A stretch of 63,755 nt of DNA, filler included, from Octopus bimaculoides (Eukaryota): the NCBI RefSeq assembly GCF_001194135.2. It is 8 parts of 8 records of this genome, joined end to end, with 100 filler letters (N's around TTAATTAATTAA, not from the genome) between each part and the next. Parts side by side here need not be neighbours in the genome. Positions count along the whole stretch, not along the records: positions 41,660 to 56,668 come from NC_068987.1; positions 56,769 to 62,470 come from NC_068988.1; positions 62,571 to 63,755 come from NC_068984.1; 5 more parts are not named here. One strand, 5' to 3'. Positions 51,291 to 63,709 of this stretch are shown here, in pieces. A program made the position numbers and the translations under genes. The notes beneath the pieces are model-generated. The model was not told the origin of the DNA and made no database searches. It was given only the letters and a program-made list of their open reading frames with translations. Position 1 is the stretch's first letter. Each line of letters starts with the position of its first letter.

Positions 51291-51775
51291 TCATCATCAT
51301 CGTTTAACGTCCGCTTTCCATGCTAGCATGGGTTGGACGATTTGACTGAGGACTGGTGAAACCGGATGGCAACACCAGGCTCCAGTCTGATTTGGCAGAG
51401 TTTCTACAGCTGGATGCCCTTCCTAACGCCAACCACTCAGAGAGTGTAGNNNNNNNNNNNNNNNNNNNNNNNNNNNNNNNNNNNNNNNNNNNNNNNNNNN
51501 NNNNNNNNNNNNNNNNNNNNNNNNNNNNNNNNNNNNNNNNNNNNNNNNNNNNNNNNNNNNNNNNNNNNNNNNNNNNNNNNNNNNNNNNNNNNNNNNNNNN
51601 NNNNNNNNNNNNNNNNNNNNNNNNNNNNNNNNNNNNNNNNNNNNNNNNNNNNNNNNNNNNNNNNNNNNNNNNNNNNNNNNNNNNNNNNNNATGTGCCACC
51701 CGCACAAGAACCAGTCCAGGGGCACTGGCAACGATCTTACTTGGCTTGCCGGGTCTTCTCACGCACAGCCCATAC

Positions 51776-51776
<1 letters not shown>
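51291..51776 (-). mobile_element. Family E retroposon (spans an N gap)
   Basis: (CAT)n tail and GGATGCCCTTCCTAACGCCAACC motif. Confidence 0.78.
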
Positions 51777-51806
<30 letters not shown>

Positions 51807-51884
51807 GACCTTTGACCCAACCCCCAACCTGACACATCCATACTCGTTTGTCTGGCCAAACCTGTCCTCTCACTCAACTGCTTC

Positions 51885-52420
51885 TTGTTTGCTGGTCTAG
51901 GGACCATGGGAACAAGAATGGGCTCCAACTATGCGAACCTGTTTGTTGGCTATGTTGAGGCCCAAATATTCTCAAGTTTCACTGGTCCCACTCCTGAACT
52001 ATACAGCCGTTATATTGACGACTGTATTGGTGCGACGTCACTCTCCTATGAACATCTAGACTCCTTCCTCTCCTTTGTCAAATCTTTCCATCCTGCCCTC
52101 CACTTCTGCACTATCTCTGACACCTTTGTCAGAGATTTCGGTCAGCATTCATCACTCCACTCTCACCACCTCTATCCACTACAAACACACAGACTCACAC
52201 TCATACCTCAACTTCTCCTCCTTTCACCCTAAACACACCAAGCTTTCCATCCCCTATTCCCAATTCCTCCTTCTATGCAGGCTCTGTAGTGACGACCATG
52301 ACTCTGAGACTCAGTCTCAACCCATGGCTTGCCACTTCATCCTACATAGATATCCCCTCACCATTATCCACACTGCCCTTGCCAGAGCACATTCCATGAA
52401 CCATGCATCTGCTCTCTTTC
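51885..52420 (+). pseudogene. Penelope-like element reverse transcriptase (motifs B-C and thumb), frameshifted
   Basis: MGTRMGSNYANLFVGYVE…YSRYIDD…HPALHF / TSIHYKHTDSHSYLNFSSFHPKHTKLSIPYSQFL.L.RLCSD. Confidence 0.9.
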
Positions 52421-52915
52421 CTCGCCCCATCTCCTGTTTCCCCTCATCTCACCACCCTGCCTCTCCAACGCACCATTCTCTGAGCCTTCTGGTGACTCAA
52501 GTCCGACCCCTCTACTTCGCACATCTTCCCTATAACCAAATACATATGCATGCTTACAAAACAGACATCCACATAAAAACATATCTAGGTCCTGATGTAT
52601 ATACACAAACAACTTTTTAAAAATTGCTGAGTGTATAATGATAAAAATCGGATAAAAGACATGCAAAATGGAACACCCTGTATCAAATTATTTATAAATA
52701 TAACGATTAAATGGGTTTGTAAAATACAATAAAATGAAATTAAAATAAAATCTTAAACATGAAAATACTATATACATATAACAGTCGAAAGTTTTCTTAA
52801 GAAATACATCGAAATATATACAATATCTTTGCGATGCGAAATAAACCATGCATTACAAAATACAAATCCAACAGTAGGATTATAAACTAGTTCAAGATTC
52901 AAAAAATATATTCTA

Positions 52916-53283
52916 TGGTCCCGGGTTCAGTCCCACTGCGCGGCATCTTGGGCAAGTGTCTTCTACTATAGCCTCGGGCCGACCAAAGCCTTGTGAGTGG
53001 ATTTGGTAGACGGAAACTGAAAGAAGCCCGTCGTATATATGTATATATATATATGTATGTGTGTGTGTATGTTTGTATGTGTATGTTTGTCCCCCCCAAC
53101 ATCGCTTGACAACCGATGCTGGTGTGTTTATGTCCCCGTAACTTAGCGGTTTGGCAAAAGAGATCGATAGAATAAGTACTAGGCTTCTAAAGAATAAGTC
53201 CTGGGGTCGATTTGCTCGACTAAAAGGCGGTGCTCCAGCATGGCCACAGTCAAAAGACTGAAACAAGTAAAAGAGTAAAAGAG
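52916..53283 (+). mobile_element. Composite SINE: family A, (TA/TG)n, family B module, (GTAAAAGA)n tail
   Basis: Continuous, little-diverged copy of both modules; used as the local reference. Confidence 0.85.
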
Positions 53284-53301
53284 TATCCATATGGTATTTT
53301 G

Positions 53302-54573
53302 TCAGCTGACATTTAAAATTTTGTTGCATGTCTGCAGGAAATTCGAGAGTTCACATCTTTGATTCAAAGCGCTACTGTCCTGGAATAAAATATAGAATTT
53401 TTCCAAAAGACATAAATTACATTTGATGGGTCTTTTATGCGCACCATGGCTGTAAGGTGATGCTTTATCTAAAATTCTCCATGTCACGTTGAAAGGCTGG
53501 GTTTCATTTTCTTTTAATTCCCAGACATATTTTGCCAGGCTGGTCTTTGTCCTATTTTCGGGGTATCAGAAGGAATTTCTATGAGAATAAAATCGAGTCT
53601 TGAAAGAATTTTCAGTAGCCCCTGTGTAAGTTCTATATTCGTGTGAGCCATCTATTTGCACTTTGGCTCTATACACAATTCCTTCCTCTGGACATTTTCC
53701 TTCCAACGGACAGGCAATTGCAATTCTTTAGAAAAGAATCGGCACTATGGCTATTTGCAATTATCTTATTGTGTTGGTTAATGAATGAGGTGCAGTTTTT
53801 GCAACAAGAATAGCTAATCTTAAGCGTTCTTCTATTAAATATTCTATAAAACTTATGGCTAGGTTGAAAATGTCTAGAGACCAATTTTAAGAATTCCCTA
53901 CCTATATTTGTTTTTACGGCCATATTAAAAGCTGGGTTGAACCATAAAACCTTCCTAGTCCTAGTTCTACGTGTTGCTAGCATTAAGTTGGTTATATTGG
54001 ATCTTTTCAGAGAATCCACTATTCCTTAATGCGCTATTGTAATAAGGTGCAGCATTTTGAAATGCTGTCTCATCTGAAGAAATTGACGATATTCGTCTAC
54101 CTACATTACTGACTTGGTTCCTAAGAATAACTGGCGGATGATTGGCTTCTTTGCTAATATAAGATAGCTTATCATTAGGCTTACAGTAAGGTTTGAATTT
54201 ATCTGACTGTAAATCTAAATTTATATCTAAGAAATCTACACTTTTTAGGTTAGCATTTATCATAATTCGTAAGCACATCCTTTGGAAGAAAGCAATTAGA
54301 TCCTTCCTAAGCTTATCTAATTCATGGCCGTTTAATTTATGGTTGACTATAAGGCCGTCATCCCTATATAATCCTGCGTCTATAAACAGGAATTCTAGCT
54401 TTAGATTATATAAGATATAGGCTCCTATGAGCACACATAACTCAGCCCCGTCGTATGCCCTCATCGGTACATCGAAAAGAGAATCCTCACTCTTTTTGAC
54501 ACAGGTAGAATCCTTGTAAGAAAGAAGTGATTTCCTCGCATGTATGATAATATCTATTTCCGAGATATTGATG
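53302..54573 (-). pseudogene. Penelope-like element RT plus GIY-YIG endonuclease (Naiad-like), two frameshifts and one nonsense codon
   Basis: HARKSLL…FDVPMRAYDGAELC…GLYRDDGL…DFLDI…NHPP…WFNP…TN.G.EFL.L…HF…IFNRRTLKISYSC…CNC / CPLEGKC…GIVYRA…YTG…FKTRF.SH..SF…WELK…W.I…CNLCLLEK. Confidence 0.9.
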
Positions 54574-54903
54574 NNNNNNNNNNNNNNNNNNNNNNNNNNN
54601 NNNNNNNNNNNNNNNNNNNNNNNNNNNNNNNNNNNNNNNNNNNNNNNNNNNNNNNNNNNNNNNNNNNNNNNNNNNNNNNNNNNNNNNNNNNNNNNNNNNN
54701 NNNNNNNNNNNNNNNNNNNNNNNNNNNNNNNNNNNNNNNNNNNNNNNNNNNNNNNNNNNNNNNNNNNNNNNNNNNNNNNNNNNNNNNNNNNNNNNNNNNN
54801 NNNNNNNNNNNNNNNNNNNNNNNNNNNNNNNNNNNNNNNNNNNNNNNNNNNNNNNNNNNNNNNNNNNNNNNNNNNNNNNNNNNNNNNNNNNNNNNNNNNN
54901 NNN

Positions 54904-55460
54904 NCAGAACACTGTACCAGGCTCCAATCTGATCTGGCAAAATTTCTACAGTTGGATGCCCTTCCTCACAGCAACCACTCCGAGAGTGTAGTGGGTGCTG
55001 TTTACGTGTCGCCACCACAGGAGCCAGTCAGAAGGCACTGGCATCGGCCATGTTCAGATGGTGCTCTTTAAGTGCTACCAGCACAAGAGCCAGTTGAGCA
55101 GGGGCTGGCATCGACCGTGTTCGGATGATGCTTTTTATGTGCCACCGGCACAGGGAGCCAGTCATGTGGCACTGGCAACGACCCACGCATGCATAGTGCT
55201 CATTGCATGCCACCAGCACGGGAGCCAGTCAGGCAGCACTGGCATCGGCCACAACTACAATTTCCATTTGATTGTGATTTGATTCAATTTTTATTCTGAT
55301 TTTGATTTTACATGATTCAATAGGTCTCCTCAAGCACAAAATGTTGCCCAACGATTCAAAGGTACTTTTTGAATGGGCTGGTTATGCGACACTGGTGTAG
55401 GCTACGACTATGATCTCACTTTACTTGCCGGGTCTTCTCAATCACAGCATATCTCCAGAA
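54904..55460 (-). mobile_element. Family E retroposon with four internal subrepeats
   Basis: Repeated GTGC…TTTTA.GTGCCACC.GCAC..GAGCCAGTC…GGCACTGGC units; homologous to 47080-47640. Confidence 0.78.
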
Positions 55461-55476
55461 GTCTAGGTCCTTCATC

Positions 55477-55512
<36 letters not shown>

Positions 55513-55606
55513 ATACATATATATATACAAATATACATACGTATATATACATACATAAAAACACACATATATACATACACACACGCACATATATATACAT
55601 ATATAC

Positions 55607-55869
55607 AGTGCTGGTGGCACATAAAAAGTACCATTCGAGCGTGATCGATGCTAGTGCCATCTGACTGGACCCTGTGCCAGTAGCACTTGAAAAGCACCCA
55701 CTACACACTCGGAGTGGTTAGCATTAGGAAGGGCTTCCAGCTGTAGAAAGCTTTCCAGAACAGACTGGAGCCTCATTGTAGATTCCTGGTTCACCAGTCC
55801 TCAGTCAAACCGTCCAACCAATGCCAGCATGGAAAGCAGATGCTAAACGATGATGGTGATGATGATGAT
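55607..55869 (+). mobile_element. Family E retroposon, opposite orientation, (GAT)n tail
   Basis: …GGTTAGCATTAGGAAGGGC…CAGCATGGAAAGC.GA.G.TAAAC(GAT)n. Confidence 0.75.
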
Positions 55870-56769
55870 GTATAATGATATATATAATTATGATAGATTG
55901 TTACACTATTCAATGTTCAGGTAAACTTCGTCACCCACTCGCTCACTCTCTCTTTCCTCTCACTCACTCACTCTCTCTCTCTTTCTCTCTCACTCTCTTT
56001 CTTTCTTCCACTCTCTCTCCACACACAAAAATGAAACTCATTTCGGCACCAAAAATTGCAAAGGGAAAATGCTTTAGTGTTTTTGAAATCTATTCTGAAA
56101 TCTGGGATTATTATATATATTGTATCCAGTAATTCTAAGAGGTAGGAAAAAGATATTTTTGTTTTACTATTATACTTTTACTTCACTTCACACATACATG
56201 CAAAAACTCTAACGTGTTTTTCTTTTTAGATGAATTTATCATTCATTATCTCTCCACACACTTCGTTACCACTAACTTCTCTAACCTCTGCATTTTCACT
56301 TATTCATTTCAAACTTGTTTGAATCTTCAATCTAATGTAATCCACACTCTCTCGGAAACGTATCTCTGCAAAATGTTATCTAAAATTATGGGTAAAGAAA
56401 GAAATAGCAAAAAATATTTGAAAATGTGGTGGGGTGAAATTTCTGAGGGTTCCACCCCATCCCATTTTCTGAACTCAAAAAAGGTTTTGTAGCGTATTAG
56501 GAGGTCATCAGAAATTCAGTCAACGGAAAAAAAAAAAAATTTCCAATGATTCCGAGATATGGGGGGGGGGTCCATCCCATCCCCTTTTTTACGAACAAAA
56601 ATAAGGCGTTTGCAGCATATTAGGAGATCAAGGTATTTGATTCTATGCAAAAAATCCAAGTTTTTTTTNNNNNNNNNNNNNNNNNNNNNNNNNNNNNNNN
56701 NNNNNNNNNNNNTTAATTAATTAANNNNNNNNNNNNNNNNNNNNNNNNNNNNNNNNNNNNNNNNNNNNG

Positions 56770-56865
56770 GATGTGGTATCACTATACCCATCTATCGACG
56801 TGGATTTTGCAGTGGAAAAGTGCGTGGAAATGATCAACGAGAGCGAAGTAGAGTTCCAAAATAAG
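56770..56865 (+). pseudogene. Penelope-like RT motif A fragment
   Basis: DVVSLYPSIDVDFAVEKCVEMINESEVEFQN. Confidence 0.65.
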
Positions 56866-56902
56866 TCATTTATTTTTTCATACAAACAATGAACTTTAAT
56901 CT

Positions 56903-57022
56903 TTCAGTTTCTGTCTACCAAATCCACTCACAAGGCTTTAGTCGGCTTGAGGCTATAGTTGAAGGCTCAAGGTGCCATGCAGCGAGACTAAATCCGAGAA
57001 ACCTTCTTACCACATAGCCATG
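56903..57022 (-). mobile_element. SINE family A, internally deleted
   Basis: CTTTCAGTTTC.GTCTACCAAATCCACTCACAAGGCTTT…CTTACCACATAGCCA. Confidence 0.75.
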
Positions 57023-57375
57023 AAGTATATATAATCACATATAATGATAAACGTCGCCCTTTCAAAGCCTAGCCAGGCTCATGGGCCCGGTTTCCCCCGG
57101 TTTCTATGGTGTATGCTTTCCCCCCAGCTGGACGGGACGCCAGTCCATCGCAACATTACTCAAGAAAAAGAAACAGGAAGAAAGAGTGAGAGAAAGTTGG
57201 GGCGAAAGAGTGCAAGAGGGGTATATATATATGCATATATATATATTGACACATATATACACTCATACATATATAAATATATACTCACCTATGTATGTAT
57301 GTATCTATCTATATACATATATATATATATATAATGAGAATTTACAAAAAAGAAACAAACAAACAAAACAAAAGG

Positions 57376-57537
57376 CGAAGACGGGTGTGTATTCAACAAA
57401 CAGATGTATTAGTTTAACGCTCGAGAAGTGAGACAGTCTTTTACGTTTCGAGCCTACACTCTTCAACAGAAAGGAGCACAGAAATAAGCAGGGAGAGAAA
57501 ATAGGAAAAGGTTTAGTGGCTAGTTTATCTATTATGG
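57376..57537 (-). mobile_element. Short non-coding HHR-bearing element, copy 2
   Basis: Co-linear with 50539-50698. Confidence 0.75.
57438..57473 (-). ncRNA. Minimal type I hammerhead motif, A6U variant
   Basis: CTTT-CTGTTGA-A-GAGT GTAG GCTC-GAAA-CG-TA-AAAG; palindromic ACGT stem III. Confidence 0.62.
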
Positions 57538-58084
57538 TGAATATATATATATGTTACTCAGGCACATACCCAGAAACACACTACCCACACACACATATGT
57601 TTATACTTCATTAAATCCATTCTTGAGCATATCAAGAAAGTGCAATCTGACAAAATGATAATGAAACACTCAGGTACTGATCATCATTACCATATAACCC
57701 AGTAACACATAGAAATACTGTATCATCCGTAGATATCCGAAGACCATCACAACATCGGTCTACGTTCCTCCTCTGTAACTATATGTGCATGAAACTTGTT
57801 GGGTCTCACCCCAACTATATTCTCAATTATTTCTAAGCGTAACCAAAACGCTCGGAATGTCGTCAACTTATAAAGAGTTCAGACAAGTCATCGATCTCTC
57901 GCATCGACCAGACAATTGTTCCCGTCGTTGTAGTCGTGGTAGTCACCGTCTTCCTCGTAGTGTATCATCACAAACGTTATCATTGTCGTCCACCATGATC
58001 ACTACGATCTTGATTTTTCAGTCGTTGGACAAAATTGCTAATCATCATCTGCATAATCACAACCACTTCACAATTATTGCCGTC

Positions 58085-58117
58085 GCCAATTTAATCATCA
58101 TCGTCATCATCATCATC

Positions 58118-58162
<45 letters not shown>

Positions 58163-58201
58163 GCCATCATCATCATCATCACCATCATCATCATGATCAT
58201 C

Positions 58202-58245
<44 letters not shown>

Positions 58246-58270
58246 TATCATCGTCATTATCGTCATTGCC
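58085..58270. repeat. (CAT)n microsatellite with CAC/CGC/CGT variants
   Basis: Direct reading; source of the poly-I/M/D pseudo-ORFs. Confidence 0.95.
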
Positions 58271-59060
58271 ATCGTCATCGTCTTCTCCGCACTCCGACCT
58301 CTCCTCCTCCCCCTNNNNNNNNNNNNNNNNNNNNNNNNNNNNNNNNNNNNNNNNNNNNNNNNNNNNNNNNNNNNNNNNNNNNNNNNNNNNNNNNNNNNNN
58401 NNNNNNNNNNNNNNNNNNNNNNNNNNNNNNNNNNNNNNNNNNNNNNNNNNNNNNNNNNNNNNNNNNNNNNNNNNNNNNNNNNNNNNNNNNNNNNNNNNNN
58501 NNNNNNNNNNNNNNNNNNNNNNNNNNNNNNNNNNNNNNNNNNNNNNNNNNNNNNNNNNNNNNNNNNNNNNNNNNNNNNNNNNNNNNNNNNNNNNNNNNNN
58601 NNNNNNNNNNNNNNNNNNNNNNNNNNNNNNNNNNNNNNNNNNNNNNNNNNNNNNNNNNNNNNNNNNNNNNNNNNNNNNNNNNNNNNNNNNNNNNNNNNNN
58701 NNNNNNNNNNNNNNNNNNNNNNNNNNNNNNNNNNNNNNNNNNNNNNNNNNNNNNNNNNNNNNNNNNNNNNNNNNNNNNNNNNNNNNNNNNNNNNNNNNNN
58801 NNNNNNNNNNNNNNNNNNNNNNNNNNNNNNNNNNNNNNNNNNNNNNNNNNNNNNNNNNNNNNNNNNNNNNNNNNNNNNNNNNNNNNNNNNNNNNNNNNNN
58901 NNNNNNNNNNNNNNNNNNNNNNNNNNNNNNNNNNNNNNNNNNNNNNNNNNNNNNNNNNNNNNNNNNNNNNNNNNNNNNNNNNNNNNNNNNNNNNNNNNNN
59001 NNNNNNNNNNNNNNNNNNNNNNNNNNNNNNNNNNNNNNNNNNNNNNNNNNNNNNNNNNNN

Positions 59061-59091
<31 letters not shown>

Positions 59092-59404
59092 TAACTAATC
59101 GATCTTGCGTAAAATAATCAGTTGGTACGCGACATTGGAAGTAGGAAAAAATAAGGAAAAATGAAATGGAAAAAACACGCCAAACAGCACATAACAACAA
59201 CTACAACAACAGCTACAACAGCAGCAACACCAATAATAATAATGATAATATTAATAATAATAATAATAATAACATTAGACCTACCATCATAGAAGCTAAA
59301 TCAATAACAGAAGCGGTAGGAGGAATATTAGCAAGAAGAAGAATTGTTTCTGATTTAATCACAAAGCAAGCAGTTTTGTTGGAAGAAAGAGTAGTTGAGA
59401 CCAT

Positions 59405-59800
59405 TAGCTTCCAGTACTTGACTGGTACTTTATCTTATCGATTCCGAACGGATTAAAGACAACGTAACCAACTCCGTGAATTGAACTCAGAATGCAGAGA
59501 GCCGGAACACATACTGCAAATCACTTTTTTTTTTCTAACGCTCTGACGCTCTAACTATACTGCCAGTTGGCCCATATACGTATAAAATGGTGTCAAATTT
59601 CCCCACAAAGTCAGCAATTTCGTGGTCGGTATAAGTCGATTACCTCTATCACAGCGATATATTGGTATTTATTTTATCGATCCCGAAATAGACGAAAGGC
59701 AACATCAAATACAGCAGGAGTTCAACTTAGAACGTAAGGACAGATTTAATGCCGCTATGCATTTTGTCCGGTGTGCTAACGATTCTACCAGCTCACCACC
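59405..59800 (-). mobile_element. Two diverged SINE family C copies (about 59405-59570 and 59600-59800)
   Basis: Both contain ACTGGTA.TT…TTTTATCGAT.CC.AA.GGAT.AAAG…GAA.T.AACT.AGAA, matching 27350-27420. Confidence 0.6.
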
Positions 59801-59903
59801 TTCCCGTCATACATAATCAGGCAATTTTTTTTTTATCAATTCTTGACCTAGTAGTGCTACTGAAGACGTTATCAATTGGAGATAAACTGTATAGGTAATG
59901 ACA

Positions 59904-61527
59904 CCACCATCCATTCTCTCTCCCGCCCGCCCTGTCTATGGATCGAGCTTTCTCAGCAGAAAACAATATTTGGTGCTACCCACGTGATTGTGAAGATATC
60001 TGTGTTTATTTTGGATACAAACGCACATACATGCGTTTCGTCATAGTACATGCACATATAGAAACACACAAACGTGTTGGTTTATCCAAGATGTGGGTAG
60101 GGAGATAAAACTATTCTCCTTGCATTCCTGCAGTGTTCAGGCCACAGACCGGTTGAATCGAACGGTTATTGTATGTGGACAGAATTTATCAGTTTAGTTC
60201 AATGTGTTGCCTACCTGATATCCCATTCCTATAACTAGGAAAGGCAGATTAGTCGTTGTATCGAAAGCGGTCCTGTTGGCTGGAGGACGCTGGGAAGATT
60301 GCAGAAAGATATTTTACTTTCCAATCTTGCCCTCAATACGTTTTTGAGGCCCAACTCAGAATAGAAATTTAAAATGGAAAGTGAGATTTGGAGAATCTGT
60401 TTATGAATGGGCGTGGCGCCGGGGTTAGGGTATTTGGTTCTCAATCGTATGGACGTGAGTTAGAAAACCGGCGGTGAATTGTGTCTTGAGCAACATAATT
60501 GATTCCACGTTGCTCCAGTCCGCTGCGCTGGTAAAAATAAGGGCCAGCCTTGTAACATCCTGTGTCACGCTGAGGTACGAGTGTCTGTGGAGTTCTCAGC
60601 CACTTGCCCGTTATTTTCACGAGCAGGCAGTTCCGTTGATCGGATCAACTGGAACCCTCGACGTCGTAAGCGACGGAGTGCCAGCAGCAAAGTTTTCAGC
60701 GCGTTTCTGTCGGTGGGGAATTGAGAGCTACAAAAGCGTGCCGATTGCTGAATGGGTGAAACTGGATTTGCGGTGTGCTTTGCTTCGCCTTAGTTATAAA
60801 TCGTCCTTTTTGAAGACATCTAGGTCTTTGCTTCTTTAAATACTGTGGAATCATTTTATTCCAATCATTTTTGCTTTACTCATTTCGTTTCTGTGTAAAC
60901 TCTTACACTACGCGTAGACCGTGTTTATATTAAACCTCACATTCAAAATGCCACTCCTTTGGCAAATAACCAAAATCATTATCCTTCTTCTCTACCTCCA
61001 ACCCCTACTCCTCCTTCACCTCCTCCTCTTTGCCTCTCGTCTTCATCTTTATCCTTCTCCTCCGTCTTGTTATTATTATAAAGAACGTTCAAGACATCAT
61101 TAGCGGCTATAGTAACAACAACAGTAACAAATCATAGCGTAACAATACATGACAATTAATGATAATCGCTTGCTTATGTACGTTCACACACGCACACATA
61201 CACACAGACAGACAGACACACACACACACGCATATATATGTGTGTAAATATACATATATTGATGGTATTGATATAATCACTAATGTTGTAGCACTTAATG
61301 CTCTATTCCTATATTACATCTATCAACGCCACCAGCTATTCTCTCTCCCGACCGTCCTGTCTATGGATCGAACTTTCTCAGCAGAATACAGTATTTGGTG
61401 CTACCCACGTGATTGTGAAGATGTCTGTGTTTATTTTGGACTATAAGCATCTATCCACATGAATATCGATGATACAAAAGCACATACATGCGTTTTGTCA
61501 TAGTACATGCACATATAGAAACACACA
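59904..61527 (+). repeat. Direct repeat pair 59904-60070 and 61329-61527 (second copy has a 32-bp insert)
   Basis: ATTCTCTCTCCCG…CTGTCTATGGATCGA.CTTTCTCAGCAGAA…TGGTGCTACCCACGTGATTGTGAAGAT…CATAGTACATGCACATATAGAAACACACA in both. Confidence 0.88.
60425..60685 (+). mobile_element. SINE family D (same subtype as 4480-4784)
   Basis: 3' end GTTCCGTTGATCGGATCAACTGGAACCCTCGACGTCGTAAGCGACGGAGTGCCA, nearly identical to the reverse complement of 10107-10160. Confidence 0.8.
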
Positions 61528-61963
61528 TACATATATACATTATTCAGTCCATATCGATATATATACATACATAGCTAATACATATATAAGTATTATATAT
61601 ATATATATATATACAAGCATATAAGTTATATGCAGATATACATATATTTACACACACACGCACACACGTATACACACAACACAACACACACACATCCCGA
61701 GATAGTGGGTTCGATTTCCAGACCCAGCATTGCGTTGACTGTGTGTTCTTGAGCAACGCACTTCATTTCAGGCTGCTCTGCTATCATTTCGTCATCTGAC
61801 TTGTGGAACACTGTGCAGCTGTATCAGTAATGTCGATTTGATGGAGGAAGTGAGGTTATGTATGCACAAACATTTGGTAACCAGAAGCAAATCCTGTGTG
61901 GTTGTTCGGCTAGAAGTTGCTGAATCCTTATACGTAGTCTAAGGACGAGAGAGTCCGTGTTAA

Positions 61964-62043
<80 letters not shown>

Positions 62044-62435
62044 ATGTATATATACATACATATATATACAGACATTGAAATTTTGGTACAAAAGTAGTAA
62101 CTTCGGAGGAGGGAGCTAGTCGATTACATGGGCTCCGGTTCTCAGCTGGAACTTATGTCATTGATCTCGACATGGCAGAATGCAAGTTTCGCGAAGGCAC
62201 ATCCACAATAAGTAAGACTGAGCAATAATCTTTGAAACAATTAAATAGATGCATAAGACAATTGAAGAGGTACATCGGGCACATAATAAAAATGACGCCC
62301 ATCATTGGTACTAGAACGTCAAATTGAAAGAAACTCACCTACCTACTTCCTATGAGGATGACTGGAACTAGATCTATGCTTCATTGCAGAAAAAGCAAAT
62401 GCATACTTTTACCGTCACTTAGAAGGAAGGGTGTA

Positions 62436-62470
<35 letters not shown>

Positions 62471-62570
62471 NNNNNNNNNNNNNNNNNNNNNNNNNNNNNN
62501 NNNNNNNNNNNNNNTTAATTAATTAANNNNNNNNNNNNNNNNNNNNNNNNNNNNNNNNNNNNNNNNNNNN

Positions 62571-62614
<44 letters not shown>

Positions 62615-62829
62615 AACTTATTTGGAAATGGATGCGTGACGTTCAATCAAAATATAATATATATATAGTAACGCTTATTGGGAAGAACTTAAATGTTATG
62701 AAGTGCTCTCGATTGTTAGATTGACTAAAAGGAATGGAAAAAGCAAAGAAGAGGCTACTTAATATCTCGACCTATGCACTGTGGTGCGCTATCGAAACAG
62801 AAAAGTGACCAAGTCTACCTGAGAAAAAG

Positions 62830-62839
62830 AGCAATGACA

Positions 62840-62880
<41 letters not shown>

Positions 62881-63055
62881 AATGATGATGATGATGATGA
62901 CGACGACGATGACGATGACGACGACGACGACGACGATGATGATGATGACGATGATGATGGTGATGGTGATAATGATGATGATGATGATGATGATGATGAT
63001 GGTGATGATAATGATGACAACGACGACGACGATGATGATGATGATGATGATGATG
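62830..63055. repeat. (GAT)n/(GAC)n microsatellite
   Basis: Direct reading. Confidence 0.95.
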
Positions 63056-63709
63056 GCCACTAGAGCTGGAAGTGATACGGAAAAATACAAAAGACACGTT
63101 AATCAGGGAGCTTACAAAACATTTGGAGAAGAGCAGATGATTTATACAAAGAGCAGGGAAAGGGTTAAATACGTCATGCAATATATAAAGGGAGAAATTA
63201 AAAATTTATAGAAACATGGAAATGTTTACACAGAATATATAATAGTATGATAAGACACACAACAATTAAAATAAGATATCTATATATAATTCAAACCGCT
63301 AAATAAATTGATCAGAGCTCCCTACGTCACAACTCTCCTTCATTTCTACATTGTTTATTGCAGGGAACTAAAGAGTCTTCAATGAGGAGGTCTTCTGGTC
63401 ATAGTGAACGTGTGAGGGTCGACGTCCTCTGGATTGTTGGCATAGAAAACTACGTGTCGACAACGGTGACAATAGAAGCAGTAAAATATCGGCAATGATT
63501 ACAAGGGAAATCAAAGGCGATCTATTATTGCTGAAATAGGACACAGAGTGCTTCGTTTGTAGTATAGATAGACAAAGAGACTGTATTCATTAGAGCTGAA
63601 GACCAGAGAAATCATCCGGTACACTGACGTATATGAATGCATATATTACATACACAAATATATATAAACATTTAGACATACGCGAATACACAACAGACAC
63701 ATATGTATG

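Noticed and set aside
53566-53568. In-frame TGA in the Naiad-like PLE as possible selenocysteine
   Set aside because: Some Naiad PLEs are reported to encode selenoproteins, but here the SYSC, CNC and CPL cysteines use TGT/TGC. This TGA is at a non-Cys position (likely CGA to TGA) in a frameshifted copy.
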